Source: Vicugna vicugna (Eukaryota). Taken from it: a DNA stretch of 64,000 bases. Under the pieces are notes generated by a model, which saw only the letters and a list, made by a program, of their open reading frames with translations, made no database searches and was not told the origin of the DNA. Position numbers and translations under genes: made by a program. The stretch covers positions 1,426,001 through 1,490,000 of the forward strand of contig MU058687.1 in NCBI GenBank assembly GCA_013265495.1, read 5' to 3'. This document shows positions 10,341 to 23,962 of this stretch, piece by piece (the first letter of the stretch is position 1; each line of letters begins with the position of its first letter).

Positions 10341-13300
10341 GAAAAACAAAATTTTGACTGGAATACTGTGTTTTTGTGTTTTTTGTTTGTTGGTTGGTTG
10401 GTTTTTAGCCTTATGGATTCCAGACAAAACATCATTTCCCAAAGTTATGGAGGTCAGCTCTTTTTTCCCTTCTTGTTGGGCACATCTTAATATTGTCAAA
10501 GCATTTCCGCATCTGGCTTTGCCTTTGATCGTACCACTGATGTTGTGTGAGGGAGGAAGAAACCATGATATGTGGCAGTTGGATTGGCTGTCTCCCATCA
10601 TGTGATCAGTTGGATCCACGATTAGAACTTGGGACTTTGGGCTTCACTGGACCACACTACCTTCCCCAGAGCTGCTGTTTGTGGAGTAGGTCTGGGCTGC
10701 AGAAACAGCTGTTATTTAGGATTTCTGGTCGAAGGAGAAGGTCAAGTATGGCTGGGCAGCTGGTCTCTTCTTTGTTCAGGCAGAGTTGTCAGGTGTCAGA
10801 GGAAAGGAAGCTTAGAGATCTCATGGCTCAGACTACTTCCCTGAGAGATGGGGAAATTGAGGCCTAGAGGGGTGATGTGACTCATGCAAGATGAGCTTGC
10901 TGATGAGAGACATAAGTGGGGCAGGCTCCAGGACTCTGTACTCCCATAGCTGTGCTCTCCTCCCCACTCTGTGAGTAGAGGGCTACAGGAAAAAGCCCTT
11001 GGATATTGCTTAAACAGTGTTGGGAGAATTCACCACCACTTCCTGAATAGAGAGGGTAGATTCAGAAAGATTCCTTCCTACCTTGTACATCCTGAAACAG
11101 GGGGAGTTGGCTAAGAAATGACTGGTGGGTTCAGAAACTTGGCCCCTACATGTCGCACAGTAGTGACTGCATCTGAAAGTGGTGATTTGAGGGATCTTGT
11201 GAATTCCAGAGCTACCATTTTTTATTAGTGTCATATCCTTTCTTAACACTCATCTCCCTAATACTTAAAAAGTTGAAGTGAGTAATGTCTGTCCTGCTTA
11301 GGTTATTTTAAGGCTACCTACCTAACTGGAAGGAAGAAATCAAACCTTTTCTCTCTTTCTTTTTCCTTACTGACTGCTGATTTCCTAATCTCTAGCACAG
11401 TACGTGGAACACACAATAAATATTTGTTGAATGAATGGATGAAGGATCATAGGAGATGCTTCAGGTAAAAGTACTTTGTCATCTTTAAAGCACTGTATAG
11501 ACCTGAGGGAACGTTACTGGCATTAATTAATGCCCTGACCTTGAGCGTGTTACTTAACCTGTCTGGACTTCAGGGTCACCATTTGCAATACAAGATGCTC
11601 CAGGCTCATTTTGAATTTTGAATTAAACTAGATAATCTCTAAGGTCCCTTTCAGATCTGTAATTCTGTAATCTCAGTGTTCACTGTTATTAAAAAGAGGA
11701 CTGTGAGGATTCCATGACCACATACTGTCATGGGCTAGAGCAAGGATGACAAGTTTTCTTTTCCCATGTGAATTCTGGTCAATTGGTAGTGGCTGCCCAG
11801 AATGCAATGCTGAGAAGGACTCTGAAGATCTGGGGTATGGAGTTATAATTATTGATTTGTGATGTCTGTCATGGGCACAGAATACAAAGCAGTAGCAAGA
11901 AGGCCAAATATCTGCCATCTTGAACCTGATGTTCAAAACAGCAATTACCCTGGAATTTCTGGGAGCAAAGTTACTTTTCTTTGATTTTGCATGATAATGG
12001 AGAGACCACTTGGGTGAGGTCACAGTTTCCTGGAGGTAAACCCAGAGCTCTACAGACTTGTAGTAAATCTCCCTTCTGCCTTTCATTGCCTCTCCTTTTT
12101 ATTTATTAGGCAAATGAAGAAAATTAACATGATTGTCCAATTCATTGATGAGAAGTAAAATGCAGACTCAGAATCTCTACCGCCTCAAGACTCACACAGC
12201 TACATGGTCTCTGTTCTTGAGGAAAATGAGAATGAAGAATGACACAAAATTCTACAAAGAACATAAACCCATTCATCCAATGTGCTGAACACCTAGAGTG
12301 TGCCAGGCAGGCATGATGCTGAAAACACAGATAAGAATATTGGCCAAACCATGGACTGGTCGGTATGTGTGGGTTCACAAGTTTTCTGAATGCACCTTTT
12401 ATTACCCCCTAGTCTACGCTAGTGATGAGGAAATAAGTTTTGTGTCTGACTTCCAGAATTCCTGAAGGAAATATACCAGTGAGGCTCCTTAAATCTCTCA
12501 CTGCACACAAGGGACACTAGCCAGCCAAGGAGGGACCTTCACAGCCCTCAGGTACCTTTCTATTTCTCAGTGTGTTTTTGAAATGCAAGGATGCTGTGAA
12601 TGTCAGGAGATTCCCATTCTTCCCTGCCTACCTGGAAGTGTGGTGAGTCCTCTGTATCTTGGTTTGGGGGTCCTGTGTTTCAATCCCCACATGTCATCAT
12701 TTCATGGCTGTCCAGAAATGTGTCACACTGGAGGAGTGACATGGCAGCCCCCTGCCCGTCTTCTTCCTCCAAGGTGGTCTGCATGTGCTGTGGTGACATT
12801 GGCTTCTAGTTACCCTCCCTCAAGATTGGTCTTTCCCCACTGTCTGGGCAGTTCCTTAAAAAACTACATTAACTGAGTGAGTGATTACTTCAGGACTTGA
12901 AATAGCTTTTTTCCTGTCCCAGATATGACACAGTCACTTCCCCAATAGAGCCATCACTCCAAGAGGAACAGGACGTCCTTGTAACAGAGCCAAGAGGGTC
13001 ACATGATCAGACAGTCAGGGGCCTCCCGGGACCTTGCTTTCCCTTAAGCTGTTGGCCAGGACTTGTCCACAAAAGTCTATCTGTGACAGAGCCTGGCAAG
13101 CCATCCTGAACTTATCCTCTTATAGGGTTTTAGTCCAGAGCAGTTTCTCTAGGGAATAAGTGTTTGATGAATGAATCCTAGAAGGGTGAAAGGGAAGAAT
13201 TCCTATGGAGCATCTGTGGTGCCCACGTGGAAATGGCCAGCATGAATGCACTGCTGCACTTGAAGAACTGGGGAATCCCCATAACCCGTTATCCTTGTCC

Positions 13301-15258
13301 CCACGGCATCCTTCAAGGAGGCCATAAAGTTTGGACAGGCAGCCAGACTTGCTGATTGGGGATTTCTTGGCCTGGTCTGGAGCCATCTGGAGTAGAGAGT
13401 TGGAAGCAGAGGAAGGAAAGGTTTGCTTTAGAATTCAGGATTGGGCAGAGGAGAAAAGGCATTTATGAAGGTTGAACCCCACCCCTAACCCCAGCTCCAG
13501 ACCCCCAGACCTTGCAGACACATGGTCAAGTTTTACTGGGAAGTCACCAGGCACTCCAGGGGAAAATATGATTTAGGCAGCTGTGCGGGAAGAGGGGTGG
13601 GGGAGCCAACAAAGGTCTTCAAGAGGCCCAAAGAAGGAGGAAATCAGCTGAGTCAGAAGCCAGCAAGAGGAACCTGATCTAGAGGAACTTGTTCTGTACA
13701 GTCAGAGGCAGCCTCACACTGGGAGAGAGAGTTGGGCGGGTTTATTTTTTAACCTTAAATTTCTGGTGCCATAAAAACCTTTAAGAGACACAAAGTGATT
13801 TTACACTTATTTAGTGAAGCCCTCCAGTCAACTAAAAGTCAGTCACCTTTGGGGTGAATGGGAGAATCACCAATCAGACTAGGAAAACCTTGCCGAAGAC
13901 CAGAAACCTGAGCAGATTTTCCAGGGCCATCTGTTCTTGCTGCTTGACCTCGTCTCTTCTTTTCAAGAGTGAAATGTCAGATAAATCCAAAACCTTCAGG
14001 GCTTCTGACCTCTAGAAGAATTGAAGCTGTGCACCAGCCAGGGGAGGTCACGTAACTTTGATTACTGCCTGGGATGCGGGGAAAACCACTGGGCCAAGCA
14101 GCAGACCTCAGAGTTGCAGTGGTTAGAGTGCACCGTTGCAGACAGTAGAGTTCACGGTAGCTTGTTTAAGCAGTGAGGAGTTTAATCTGGGGACACTGGG
14201 AAGCCTGCAGAATTGTCAGAAGGGCTGGAGGAGCAGGTTTTAAGCTGAGCCTCTAGGAACATCTCCCCGAACTGCCTTGCAGAATTGGGTTGGTAGAGAG
14301 CGGCTGTCACTGCCAACCATAGAACCATGCTTGTCTCTGCTGCAGGCAGGGCATGGCCACTGCCACCTCCACGCCCAGAAACCTGCCGCATGTCGGCCCA
14401 CAAAGTATGTGCCCGCAACTGTCCTGTTTCCTTGGCTGACTTCCAAATTGAAGTCTCTTGCTGTGCATCTAAGTAGCAAAATCTAAGCCACGTGTCTGTA
14501 CCCAGGAAGATAAGAGATGTCTACACACACACACACACACACAATCATTGTGAATATCCTTAAAATGTGGAGAGATCATGCAAAGCATTTTCAGAAGCCA
14601 GGAAAAATGGATATCTGCTACCAGGGGCCTGTGAGCTGCGACCTGGGATCCTCAGGGAAAGGTCATGCCCCACTGTGTGGCGGGCTTCCCTCAGCAGCAT
14701 TCTGCTTGGTTGGTCTCAGGCAAAACAGAGAAGTAAGAAGTGCTTGCAGTCCAGGCTTTTCACACGACCAACCCAAACTGTCATCACCTTTTATTTAGTT
14801 TCAAGACACTTTCAAAAAGAGATTTGAGTCAAACAGGCTGTTGTTTTGCATACTGCAGTACTAGTCCATTCTGGGCATCGTGAGAAGCAGAGTTACACAC
14901 ATGGCTCCAGTCTTGATGGGGAGCCAGGAAAACATACTCACACCAACATGGCAGAAATAAGCACGTTATGAAAAGCACCACATGAATGGTGCAGAGCTGT
15001 GGCTTGGGGTGGTCAGTATGGCTTTTAGGAGGGGACAGGACGGGAGCTGGCCCTTGAACAGTGGGTAGGGATTTAGATAGGTAGTCCTGGAGGATGGAAT
15101 GAAGAGAGTGATGCTCAGAGTAGGTGGGGTGTGTGTATATAAATGGGACCCGGTCAGTTACACTTCCGAAGCAGTACGGGGTGTGAGTAGAAGAACTGTA
15201 GGAGGTAAGAATGCAAGCTTGAACTGGGACCGTGTTTTGGAGAATCTTGTTTGCCCCA

Positions 15259-15700
15259 TGTATTATTCAGGACTGTTTCAGTTTCAAGTGATAGAAATAC
15301 AACTCAAGTGAACTTAAGGCAAAGGGAATTTATTGTTTGGTCTAATTAAAAAGTCCAAGGGCATGAGTTTGAGACATGGCTAGATTCAGGTATTCAGATG
15401 ATCGCCTCAGGACTCAGTCTCTCTTCATCTCTCAGCTCGGGTTCATCTGTGCTGGTTTCATTTTCCAGCTGGCTTTCTTCTTGTGGTGGTCCCTGGTTAC
15501 ACCCCCTCAGTTCAGAAAGCTCTTGCCCAATATTTCTAGCTGGATTCTCTAGGCTGAGGGTCATTGATTGGCTTACCTGGGTCACGAGCAACCACTACCT
15601 GTTCCCACCAGAACTATAATCTTGATCAAGGGAATGTGGGGTCTCTCACTGACCAGATCTGGTACATGGTCCAAAAGGGTAAGTTCAACTCCACTGCAGC
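15259..15700 (-). mobile_element. Old MaLR LTR (MLT1-like)
   Basis: tgtattattcaggactgtttcagtttcaagtgatagaaatacaactcaagtgaacttaaggcaaagggaatttattg; also tcattgattggcttacctgggtcacg. Confidence 0.65.
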
Positions 15701-16091
15701 CACATGGAGGGGTGGTCACTGTAGCAGATGCCGTAGATTCCTCATCCTTAACCCCTTTGCTTTTACCCATTTCAGTGGATCCTGGCTCAATTTCTAACTG
15801 TTAATACTTCCATGTCTTCAGCACAGAGGGCTTTCTCTGCACACATTCAAGGCAGGCCAGGGTGCCAGGGAATTAACGTCTCCTAGGAACAGTCCTCAGT
15901 GAATGGCTGATGGGACTTGTGTATAAATACCACATTTGTATTTAAATTATATTTAAAACTCACACAGTGGTAAAGACACAGTAGTTGAGACATGCCGATT
16001 TTAAGGAGGAAGAAACCTGAAGGAGCTCTAATTCACATCTTCTGAGACCCAGTTCAGCAGGAAAGAAAGCACATCTTCCTCTCCCACCCCA

Positions 16092-16122
<31 letters not shown>

Positions 16123-16584
16123 CAAGTCCAGGCCTGATGCTCATTGGTTTATATGGGGCCACATCTGTTTTTGGACCAATTTCAATGGTGAGGAGAATGG
16201 AGTGTACTGATTGGTTGTGAACCCAGGTCACGTGCTCCAGTCTGCAGAGGGGAGAGGCCTGGCACTGTGAGTAGGGGAACAGGTTCTCCAGGGGAAACCA
16301 GGAAACTGTTCCTGAAAATAGTGTGAATAGAAGCTAGGTGGCAAAAACAGCAGATGTTCCTGAGAGTCAGTGCTTTTCCAGAAGGACGAGGGTCTCCGTC
16401 AGGTTCTCCGATGTGTTTTCCTGTTCCTCTAGTACAGGAAAGTACTATTCGTGGCCTTTGGCCCTCAGCTCCTTGGGTGGGGCACAGCCACCGCGGCACC
16501 AGAGAGGTTAAGAGGTCAGGAGTCCAGTATATACAACGCGATAAAGGATGCGGCCTGGGGTCTATAACGTTTTTTAAAGCAATT

Positions 16585-16770
16585 CTGTGTGCCGGGCTCT
16601 GTGCTAAGTGCTTTCCTGATTCTCACATTTTATTATCCTCATGGCCACCCCCAAGGTAGCTGCCGTTACTACTCTCTCCACTGCAGAAGAGGAAACTGAG
16701 GCTCACAGAGGTTAAGTAACCTTCCCACTCAAGGACACATGTCGGTAAGTGCCAGATCAAGAACTTGATC
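16585..16770 (-). mobile_element. MIR SINE
   Basis: gtgccgggctctgtgctaagtgcttt...cagaagaggaaactgaggctcacagaggttaagtaac. Confidence 0.8.
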
Positions 16771-17169
16771 TGAATGGTTTGACTTTCAGACATCTAAAGG
16801 CTGATCATCCTGGGGAAACTGAGGCAGCACCTGGGCAATATTGGCTGTTGGAGAGGAGCCCCCTGCCCCCTCACCCCCAATACATAGAGGACTGAGATGT
16901 TGGTTTGAGGCACTGGAGACAATCTCTAATGGGTGGCACTTCAGGACAATGATTCCTTTGCAGCTGATGAGGGAGGGGCTTCTGGAAAGTTCATTCCAAC
17001 TATACCAAACTCTCTTTAAGGTGAAAGGATGGAAAACGACAGGCCACCTCCTCCTCCCTTCCTTGTCACCCCCCCACTTTGTGTTAAGTCCCAGCCACAC
17101 ATCCTGGTGAACATCCTACTCTGGACTCAGCACCCTCCTCTCTGGGTGCGCTGGTGGCCACTGACCCCT

Positions 17170-17400
17170 GACCTCCTTCAGGGAGGCCTTACCTGACACC
17201 CCCCTGGATGGAAGCCTTCCTTCTCTTTGCCCTACTTTATTTTTTCATGGCCCAGGATATATATTGTTTATGTGTTATCTGCTTCTCTCTGTGGAATGGA
17301 AGTTCCTGAGGAACAGGATATTGCTTTGTTCAGAGCTGTCTCCCTCTTGCCTAGAGCAATACTTGGCACACAGTAACTGCTAGGAAATATTGGTTGAATG
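17170..17400 (+). mobile_element. L2 3' fragment
   Basis: acctccttcagggaggccttacctgac...gaatggaagttcctgaggaacagga...ttggcacacagtaactgctaggaaatattggttgaatg. Confidence 0.7.
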
Positions 17401-18255
17401 CCTGCCCGTTTACCCGGGACTGTGCTAAGTTCTGCCCAGACACTATCTCATTGAATCCTCAGAAGCCTATCGTTTGCCCACACTGGGCCTTAGAACCAAT
17501 TTCAGCAGAGGGAGAAGTAGACATGCCCCTCTCCCTGCCTCCTGCGTTATCCTAGCCGGACCCACCCGGGTGTAAGAAGCCCTAAGGGTAGACCAGCCAG
17601 ACTGAACAGGCTGTGAAATTCACGAGGCCGGGTGTTCGGGGGCGGGGGGGAGGGGGTGTGTTCCACCCTGGCTGCTGTTAACAGCACCGTCTGATCCCAG
17701 TCCCTTCACACCTCCTTGGTGTGAAAGTCTTTGGAGGTACAGGTCAATCACAGCTCTCAGAACCTTCTTTTCAGAAATTAGCAACAAACCAAAGAGGAGA
17801 GAGCTAGAGGGACTTTGGCTGCCTGTCAACCCTGGGGAGGAAGATCTCAAGGCAGTGAGGGTGGGGAGAGGGCATGGAGTGGATAAAGGGGAGTTTCTTG
17901 GCCTCCTCCCTCCTCCTGCATGCTTGCTGCTGCCCTCTGTCGCCTCGGGATCAGCAGGAACCCAGGCTTTGGCCTGGTCAGAGCTGCCCCAAGGAGGGCT
18001 GGGGTATACTGCCCAGCTCTCAGCTAACAAGGGGCTCCTTTCCAAGGCTGCGCCTTATTTTAGACAAACAGCAAACTTCACCATGTCACATCCCAAGAGC
18101 TAATAGCCTATCCCCCTCTATATAATGCACTTAAAACTTTGGGGCAAACAGCAGCTTCGGGTGGCTCACAAGATTTCTGGGGTTTATGGTTCTGGAAAGG
18201 CTACAACACTGACCTGCTGTGCAAAGTAGTCCCTCTTTCCACTTCCTTCACAATT

Positions 18256-18409
18256 AAAAAACATTTTTGTTTGTTTTGGGGAGGGGGAAGGTAATTAGGT
18301 TTATCTATTTATGTATGTATTTATTTTAATGGAGGTACTGGGAATTGAACCCAGGACCTTGCACACACTAAGCATGTGCCCTGTCACTGAGCTAGACCCT
18401 CCCCCTCCC
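18256..18409 (-). mobile_element. tRNA-Ala-derived SINE (Vic-1-type)
   Basis: Same tRNA-like head and tail as the other copies. TSD ccttcacaatt at 18245-18255 and 18410-18420. Confidence 0.92.
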
Positions 18410-21400
18410 CCTTCACAATTTTGATTGTAGTCTCCTCTTCTCTGGTCTGATCCTCCATTCACTATTTGTTTAAAATAAACTTCCTCTCACTCAAAGGCTA
18501 CCTGCTTTTGGGTTGGCTGACAAGCACACAACAAATATTTATTGAAGACTTCCTGGGTGGGAAGCCATGCCCACAACAGTGGGCAAGACAGACAAAACTC
18601 TGGTCTTCCTGGGGCTTCCAATCCCAGTGGCAGAATCATTTCTGTAGCCCCCCGCCAGTGCAGGCCTAGTTCTGGGTTCTTAGCGTATCCTGGTTTAGCC
18701 TCTGGATGCGTGTGGCAGAAACACATCCAAAACTTGTTAGAATTGTAAAAACGTAACTCAACCCTCCAGAAGGCCCCCCCATCCCCGCCATGCACAGCAC
18801 CCCACACAGCTCTCCTTCCTTCCTCTTTAATCCTGGAAGTTGCCTTTCTGTGCTATGAGCAGCAGAACTTCGGAGGGGCTTTTTCTGACTGTTGTGTGGC
18901 CAAGACTGCAGCCAGCTAACATTCTCAGGGGCTGCCCGGCTCTGGCTGCTCCAGGAGGGTGGGAGCCGGAGGAAGAAACCATCCTCACCCTTGCTGCAGC
19001 TTGCTGCCTGGGCCCCCAGGGCTACAGAGCTGGCAGGTGAGAAGAGGGAGACTTGTCAGCCTCAGTGAACACCCCCGCGTCCTCCTGCAGCGGGTGAACA
19101 TCACGCCGTGAATCCGCTGTGTGGTTTGGACAAGCTTCCCGAGTTTTCTGCCTTTTGTTATGATACTGTCAGCTGTTCCCTCATAGTTTCGAGCTATGAG
19201 CCTCGCTCTGTTTACACTCAGCAGCACGAAGCTCTGTGAGTTTGTGTACACAGGAGGCCACCAAATGTCTGCGGAAAGAGGAGGGAGGTGAGAGTGTGCA
19301 GACATTTGCCCAAATGGCAGTCAGATTTTGTCCTTACCTAGGAAACTGGTCAGAGGTTCCCAGCCTTGGGACTGGGGCTCCGGGGCCTCTGTGAACATGC
19401 TGACAGCCTGAGGTGACTCAGGGCTGATCAAGGAAAAACATTCAGTCTACAAGGACTCTTTGATATGACACTGGCTTCTCTCTGCCCTTTCACAGCATAG
19501 CAGAAGAGGCTCAGAGACTTACCCAGGGTCACGCAGTCAGTGGAAGAGCTGATCTGGAATTGAGACTACTTGTCCCTTAATTCACCATTCTTCCACCCCC
19601 ATTTATACTTAACCCATCAATAGTAATTTAATTTCATACAGACACATGTCTACATTTTCATGATCAAAAGTACGAGGAATAGATTTTTTTTGGTAAGAGG
19701 TTTAAATATTCCCTGTAGCCTGCAAAGACAAGAATACAACTCTCCCTAGTGTGTGTTTCCCTTTCCTGGAGAGACATTGCAACCCCCTGCTCCCAAGTAC
19801 AAGACTTACTACAACAACCCCGAACCTGTTATAATGAACAGTGCTTTAATGCCTGGTCCAACCCTCTCACTTTGGAAATCTTTGGTGATATGTGCACATA
19901 CACGCGTGGGTGGGTTGTGTGGACATGTGTACACACTGTCAAGGATTTTTGTTGCAATAGTTTTTGTTGCACTGTTATCTCAAATGAATTTCTGGAAGAA
20001 TTCATTTCTTTTAGAAGTGACTGTTCCTGGAAGAATCTCTCCTTCTTGAGATGCTCAGGCATCACTCACTGCTAGTGGTGGTCAGTGTTCCTAATTCTTG
20101 CTTTTCACGTCTGTAGGTGATACTGGATAGGAAGTACCCAACTTTCTACACCAGAAGTTCAATTATAAAGTGGTTATGGGAACTGGGAATATATTTTCCT
20201 ATAAAAACAATATTATATATGGCTATGTGGTTTAGTTAATCCTTGAAACTTGTTTAACTTCATATGGAGTTGAAATCCTGCCCGTTTGGAATTAATGCAA
20301 GTATGAAACAGTACTTTTTCACCATCTGTGCTTAAATAGAAAGATTATAAAACCAAATAAGAATTTATTTTTAATTATCGTGAATGTTGGTGGTAAGGGT
20401 GAAGAGTTTTATTAGAAGTGCAGGCAGATGAGGACTTGGTGAGAATTCTGAATGGGACCTTTAGATATTCTAAGGGTTTTGGGTGCTGATGCTTCTGGTT
20501 TTTGAGTCTGGTTAATTTGACTTTTACACTTATGGCTTTCTCTTCCTTCTCTAAGACATTATTAGCTTTACTGTTTAAGTTAATCAGAGGTGATGAGGGC
20601 TTGAGCTTTTGCTGACAAATGGAATAAAGTGAAGGAAGAAAGAGGAAAACATTTGTTCCTCTTGAGATCACTAGGTAGGAGTTGGAAGAAAGTGGACAAA
20701 TCACCTACCTGTGCCTGGGAGCGGGGACCCCCTACTCTGTGTGGGTCTCTGACACTGATTTTTTTTTTCGGAGTCAAGGGAAAGGGAGCAGGAGAGCGCT
20801 GATGCACAGACCACCCACACGGCTCAAACCTAATGGTCAGTAGTGGTCCCTCATAGTCCAGAGCCCTGAGCTCTCCTTGGGGCTGATGTGTTACCCGTAT
20901 CAGTATGTCAGTACCATTCTGGAAGCCCAATCCCATGCAGTCCCATAAAAGAGCTATCCCACTGTCCGGCAGGAGTGATATGCTTTTGCTGATGTCCTCC
21001 TGAAACCTGGGCCCAGCTAGAACCCCGGAATGACTCTATGGAGATGAATTCTGGAACCCCTCATGATATCTGGTCAACCCCATATGTCTGGGGAGTGGGA
21101 AGAGGATAGGGTAGGCAAAGAGACTGGAGAGTACCCCAAAGGGAAGGCACAGGGTCTGGGGCAAAAGAGGGGGACTTAGAAAATTTCCAGTGGGGCATGA
21201 GCTCTACTTGTCTAAAGGCAGCACTGTATGAGAAAGCTATCCTGAGATGGGCCCAGCTAGACCTTCACTGGTAACGCGGGGAAAAGGAGAGAACTTGTCG
21301 TTGCAAGTCTTTCCTGTAAGAGAAGAAAGGGGATGGTGGGGATGAGGTGTGGTCACTTCCTTGCACTGTCCGCCAGGGGTACTGAGCCCACCCCTGGCTT

Positions 21401-22621
21401 GGCTCAAGTTGAAGCAAATAGAGGGATGTTTAACTAGCATCACAAGTGCAGGTTAGAGGGAAAGTACCCATAACCCATTGTGCTTACAAAGCTTACAAAT
21501 GCTTGGTTCAGAGAACTAAAATTTAATGAGGATGGTCTGAAGGTTATACAGTCTATCTATTCTTCCAGTTCTTAAAATCTATCCTTGAATCACACCAGCT
21601 GTGGATCTGAACCATGCGCGTTTGGTCTCCAGTGGAAATGCTTTTAACAAACTCAGATTTCTTAAGAGGTCAGCAGCCCACACTGAGATGTTTTAAGAGA
21701 CAAACTTATGGAGCTCCTTGTCATGTTTATGGTAAGAATGTTGTTTTCTTTATGAGGATCAATGGGAGAAATTTCTCTTAGGTCTTTGTTCCAGGAATAG
21801 TTGCTTTTCTCCTAAACACCTGGCTTTATTTTATGGACACTATAGATCATATGACTGTCCATGTATCCTCTTTCTTTCTGCTTATACTCAAATTTGAAGC
21901 AATCTTCAGCCAGAGTACAGACCCTCATAACCTGCAGAACTGAAATTTCATCCTTACAATCTTCATCATCTGTTTTTTTTCTTGTTTTCCCCTTTAAATG
22001 TTTTCTTCTATACCTATTGTTTTGATTTCATTATACCTCATGTAATTTTTAAAAGTCATTTAAAATTATTCTGAGAACAAGGTGGTTAAATAAATACAAA
22101 GGTGGCGAAGGGGTGCTAGCTCACACGAGCCCATTTGCTGACTGTGGTTGGGTGGCTTGAACAACAGGCTATTCATAAGTACAGGAAATTTGGAAGACTG
22201 ATGTTAGAAACTGGAAGTACCTGCCCTATTTATAGTTGCATTTTAAAACAAAGTCTTGAATCTGTGTGGTGAATATGTGCTATTCTAACTGGAAAGGTAA
22301 TTATTAAATTCCTTAGTAGTCACTTGGCCACGGTATAGAGGTAACTTGATGCTCAGGGGAGCAAGAGGCTGGTGATTTCTTTCATCTAAGCAGCACTGTT
22401 TTCTTTTTAAGGTTAATTCCATTCAAAGATCAAAGTCCAAATGCTTAATCAAAACCACTGATTTTGCAAATCCACAGCCAATCTTGGACTAGATTTGCAA
22501 CCACTGAATATTGAAGAAAGCCGAGCAAAATGGAGTCAGGCCCTTACAAAATACATAGTGTATTGAACATATTTTTTTCCCCCTAGTTAGCATTCAACAC
22601 TATACTCTGCTGCTCTTCAAA

Positions 22622-22626
<5 letters not shown>

Positions 22627-22659
<33 letters not shown>

Positions 22660-23962
22660 CCTTGATATCCCACCCTCTGAGTTGCTGCTATGGGGACAAT
22701 TGAGAGAGGGGTGAGAGTGGGAGCGGGATGTTGAATTAGGAGGGGTTTGGTGGCTGCAAATCTAGTCCACTTAGTTTTTGTACTGGATGGGCTCATTGCC
22801 AGTTTCATTGAGAAGACACGTGCAGATGAGGTCTTCTGTCACCAGAAAGGGTTCACATTTGGCAGAGGGGCAATGGTCTTCATAGGAACTCTTCTTTTCC
22901 TGGCCGACAGTCTGGGAAATGTGGATGGATGCTGGTGCCAAGGTTGGCCAAGTTGGCAGAGAAGTCACTGATGTTGGGGGTTTCATGGACTCCAGTTAGG
23001 CATCGGGCATTGCCCAGGTCCCCCTTGGGGTTGCAGGCCCAGAAGTAGGTGCTGCTTGCTCAGTTTCTCGATGGCCTCTTCAGTTTTACGTCAGACCCTT
23101 CTCCTCTTGCATGACGTTGGTGCTGGAGTTGGGGTGGCAGCTGGTACCATTCCAGTTCTCAGGAATGGGCTTAGGGGCAAAGTCTTCCAATACCTGATGC
23201 AAAATGAATTGGCCACCCAGAGATGTTGTCCCATGTCAATTGCTTCACAGGGTCCTATCTGGATTTCCTCTGGGCAGACCTGACCTTGGCCTTCTGTACA
23301 AGCAGGCCGCACAGTGATGAGCCTCCACAACATCCCTGCCACAGGCTTTGTCTGCTCCCAAACCACAGCTGTATGGGCCTCAGGGCCCAGGGAAGCAGTT
23401 GGAAGGCCAACCAAAGGGGTGCCCAGCTGTGCCCGTGAGAGTATATTCCTGCTCCCTTCCAAACCAGGGGCGGGGGTTGCTTACAATGTCAGTCATCTGT
23501 TTGCCTTCAATTGGTCTCTGTGGGATTTCGGTGGTACTTGAAGACTCCAAAGAACACCAGTTTGTGGGGGTCCTTGCAGAAAGGGTCCTAAAACATGGCA
23601 GCAGGGATGAGACGCATGTTACTGTTGGAGCCTTCAGACTGAAAAGTACCAGAGCCATCAAAATGCCACTCAGGCACCTCTTCACGAGTTCACTGTCCAA
23701 GGTCTGGGTCTTGCAGTGAAGTCGTTCTCCAGCACTGCCAATCCAGATACACACAGCTTGGATTTTCTCACCCGGAGGAAGAGACATGTCCCCACCTGCT
23801 TGATGCCTTTGTTTAAATTTGCAAGATGGCCATGGTGGGAGGTGTCCTGGGCGGTGAGCAGGCAGCAGGGGTGGGCAGGTGGCAAGAACGAGGTGTGGGA
23901 GGAGAGGCGAGGAGGCCAGGGTGCTGCTTAGACACTCTGCTTCTCCCGTTCTCGGCTCTGCC
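22627..23962 (-). pseudogene. GLUL: Processed (retro)pseudogene of glutamine synthetase
   Basis: Minus-strand frames give GLUL peptides: [91 protein letters not shown] and C-terminal [16 protein letters not shown]. Start is ccaccATGg at 23833-23831 and stop TAA at 22773-22771. No introns. The span is 1063 nt versus 1122 nt for an intact 373-aa CDS. It has frameshifts and in-frame stops (TAG 23590-23588, TGA 23382-23380). A GLUL-like 5' UTR (GCAGAGCCGAGAACGGGAG...) runs to ~23962, and the poly(A) appears as T29 at 22627-22655. Confidence 0.96.

Noticed and set aside
20580..21040. Protein-looking minus-strand frame (…DCMGLGFQNGTDILIRVTHQPQGELRALDYEGPLLTIRFEPC…)
   Set aside because: No recognisable homology and no clear acceptor. 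It needs BLAST/PhyloCSF before any claim.
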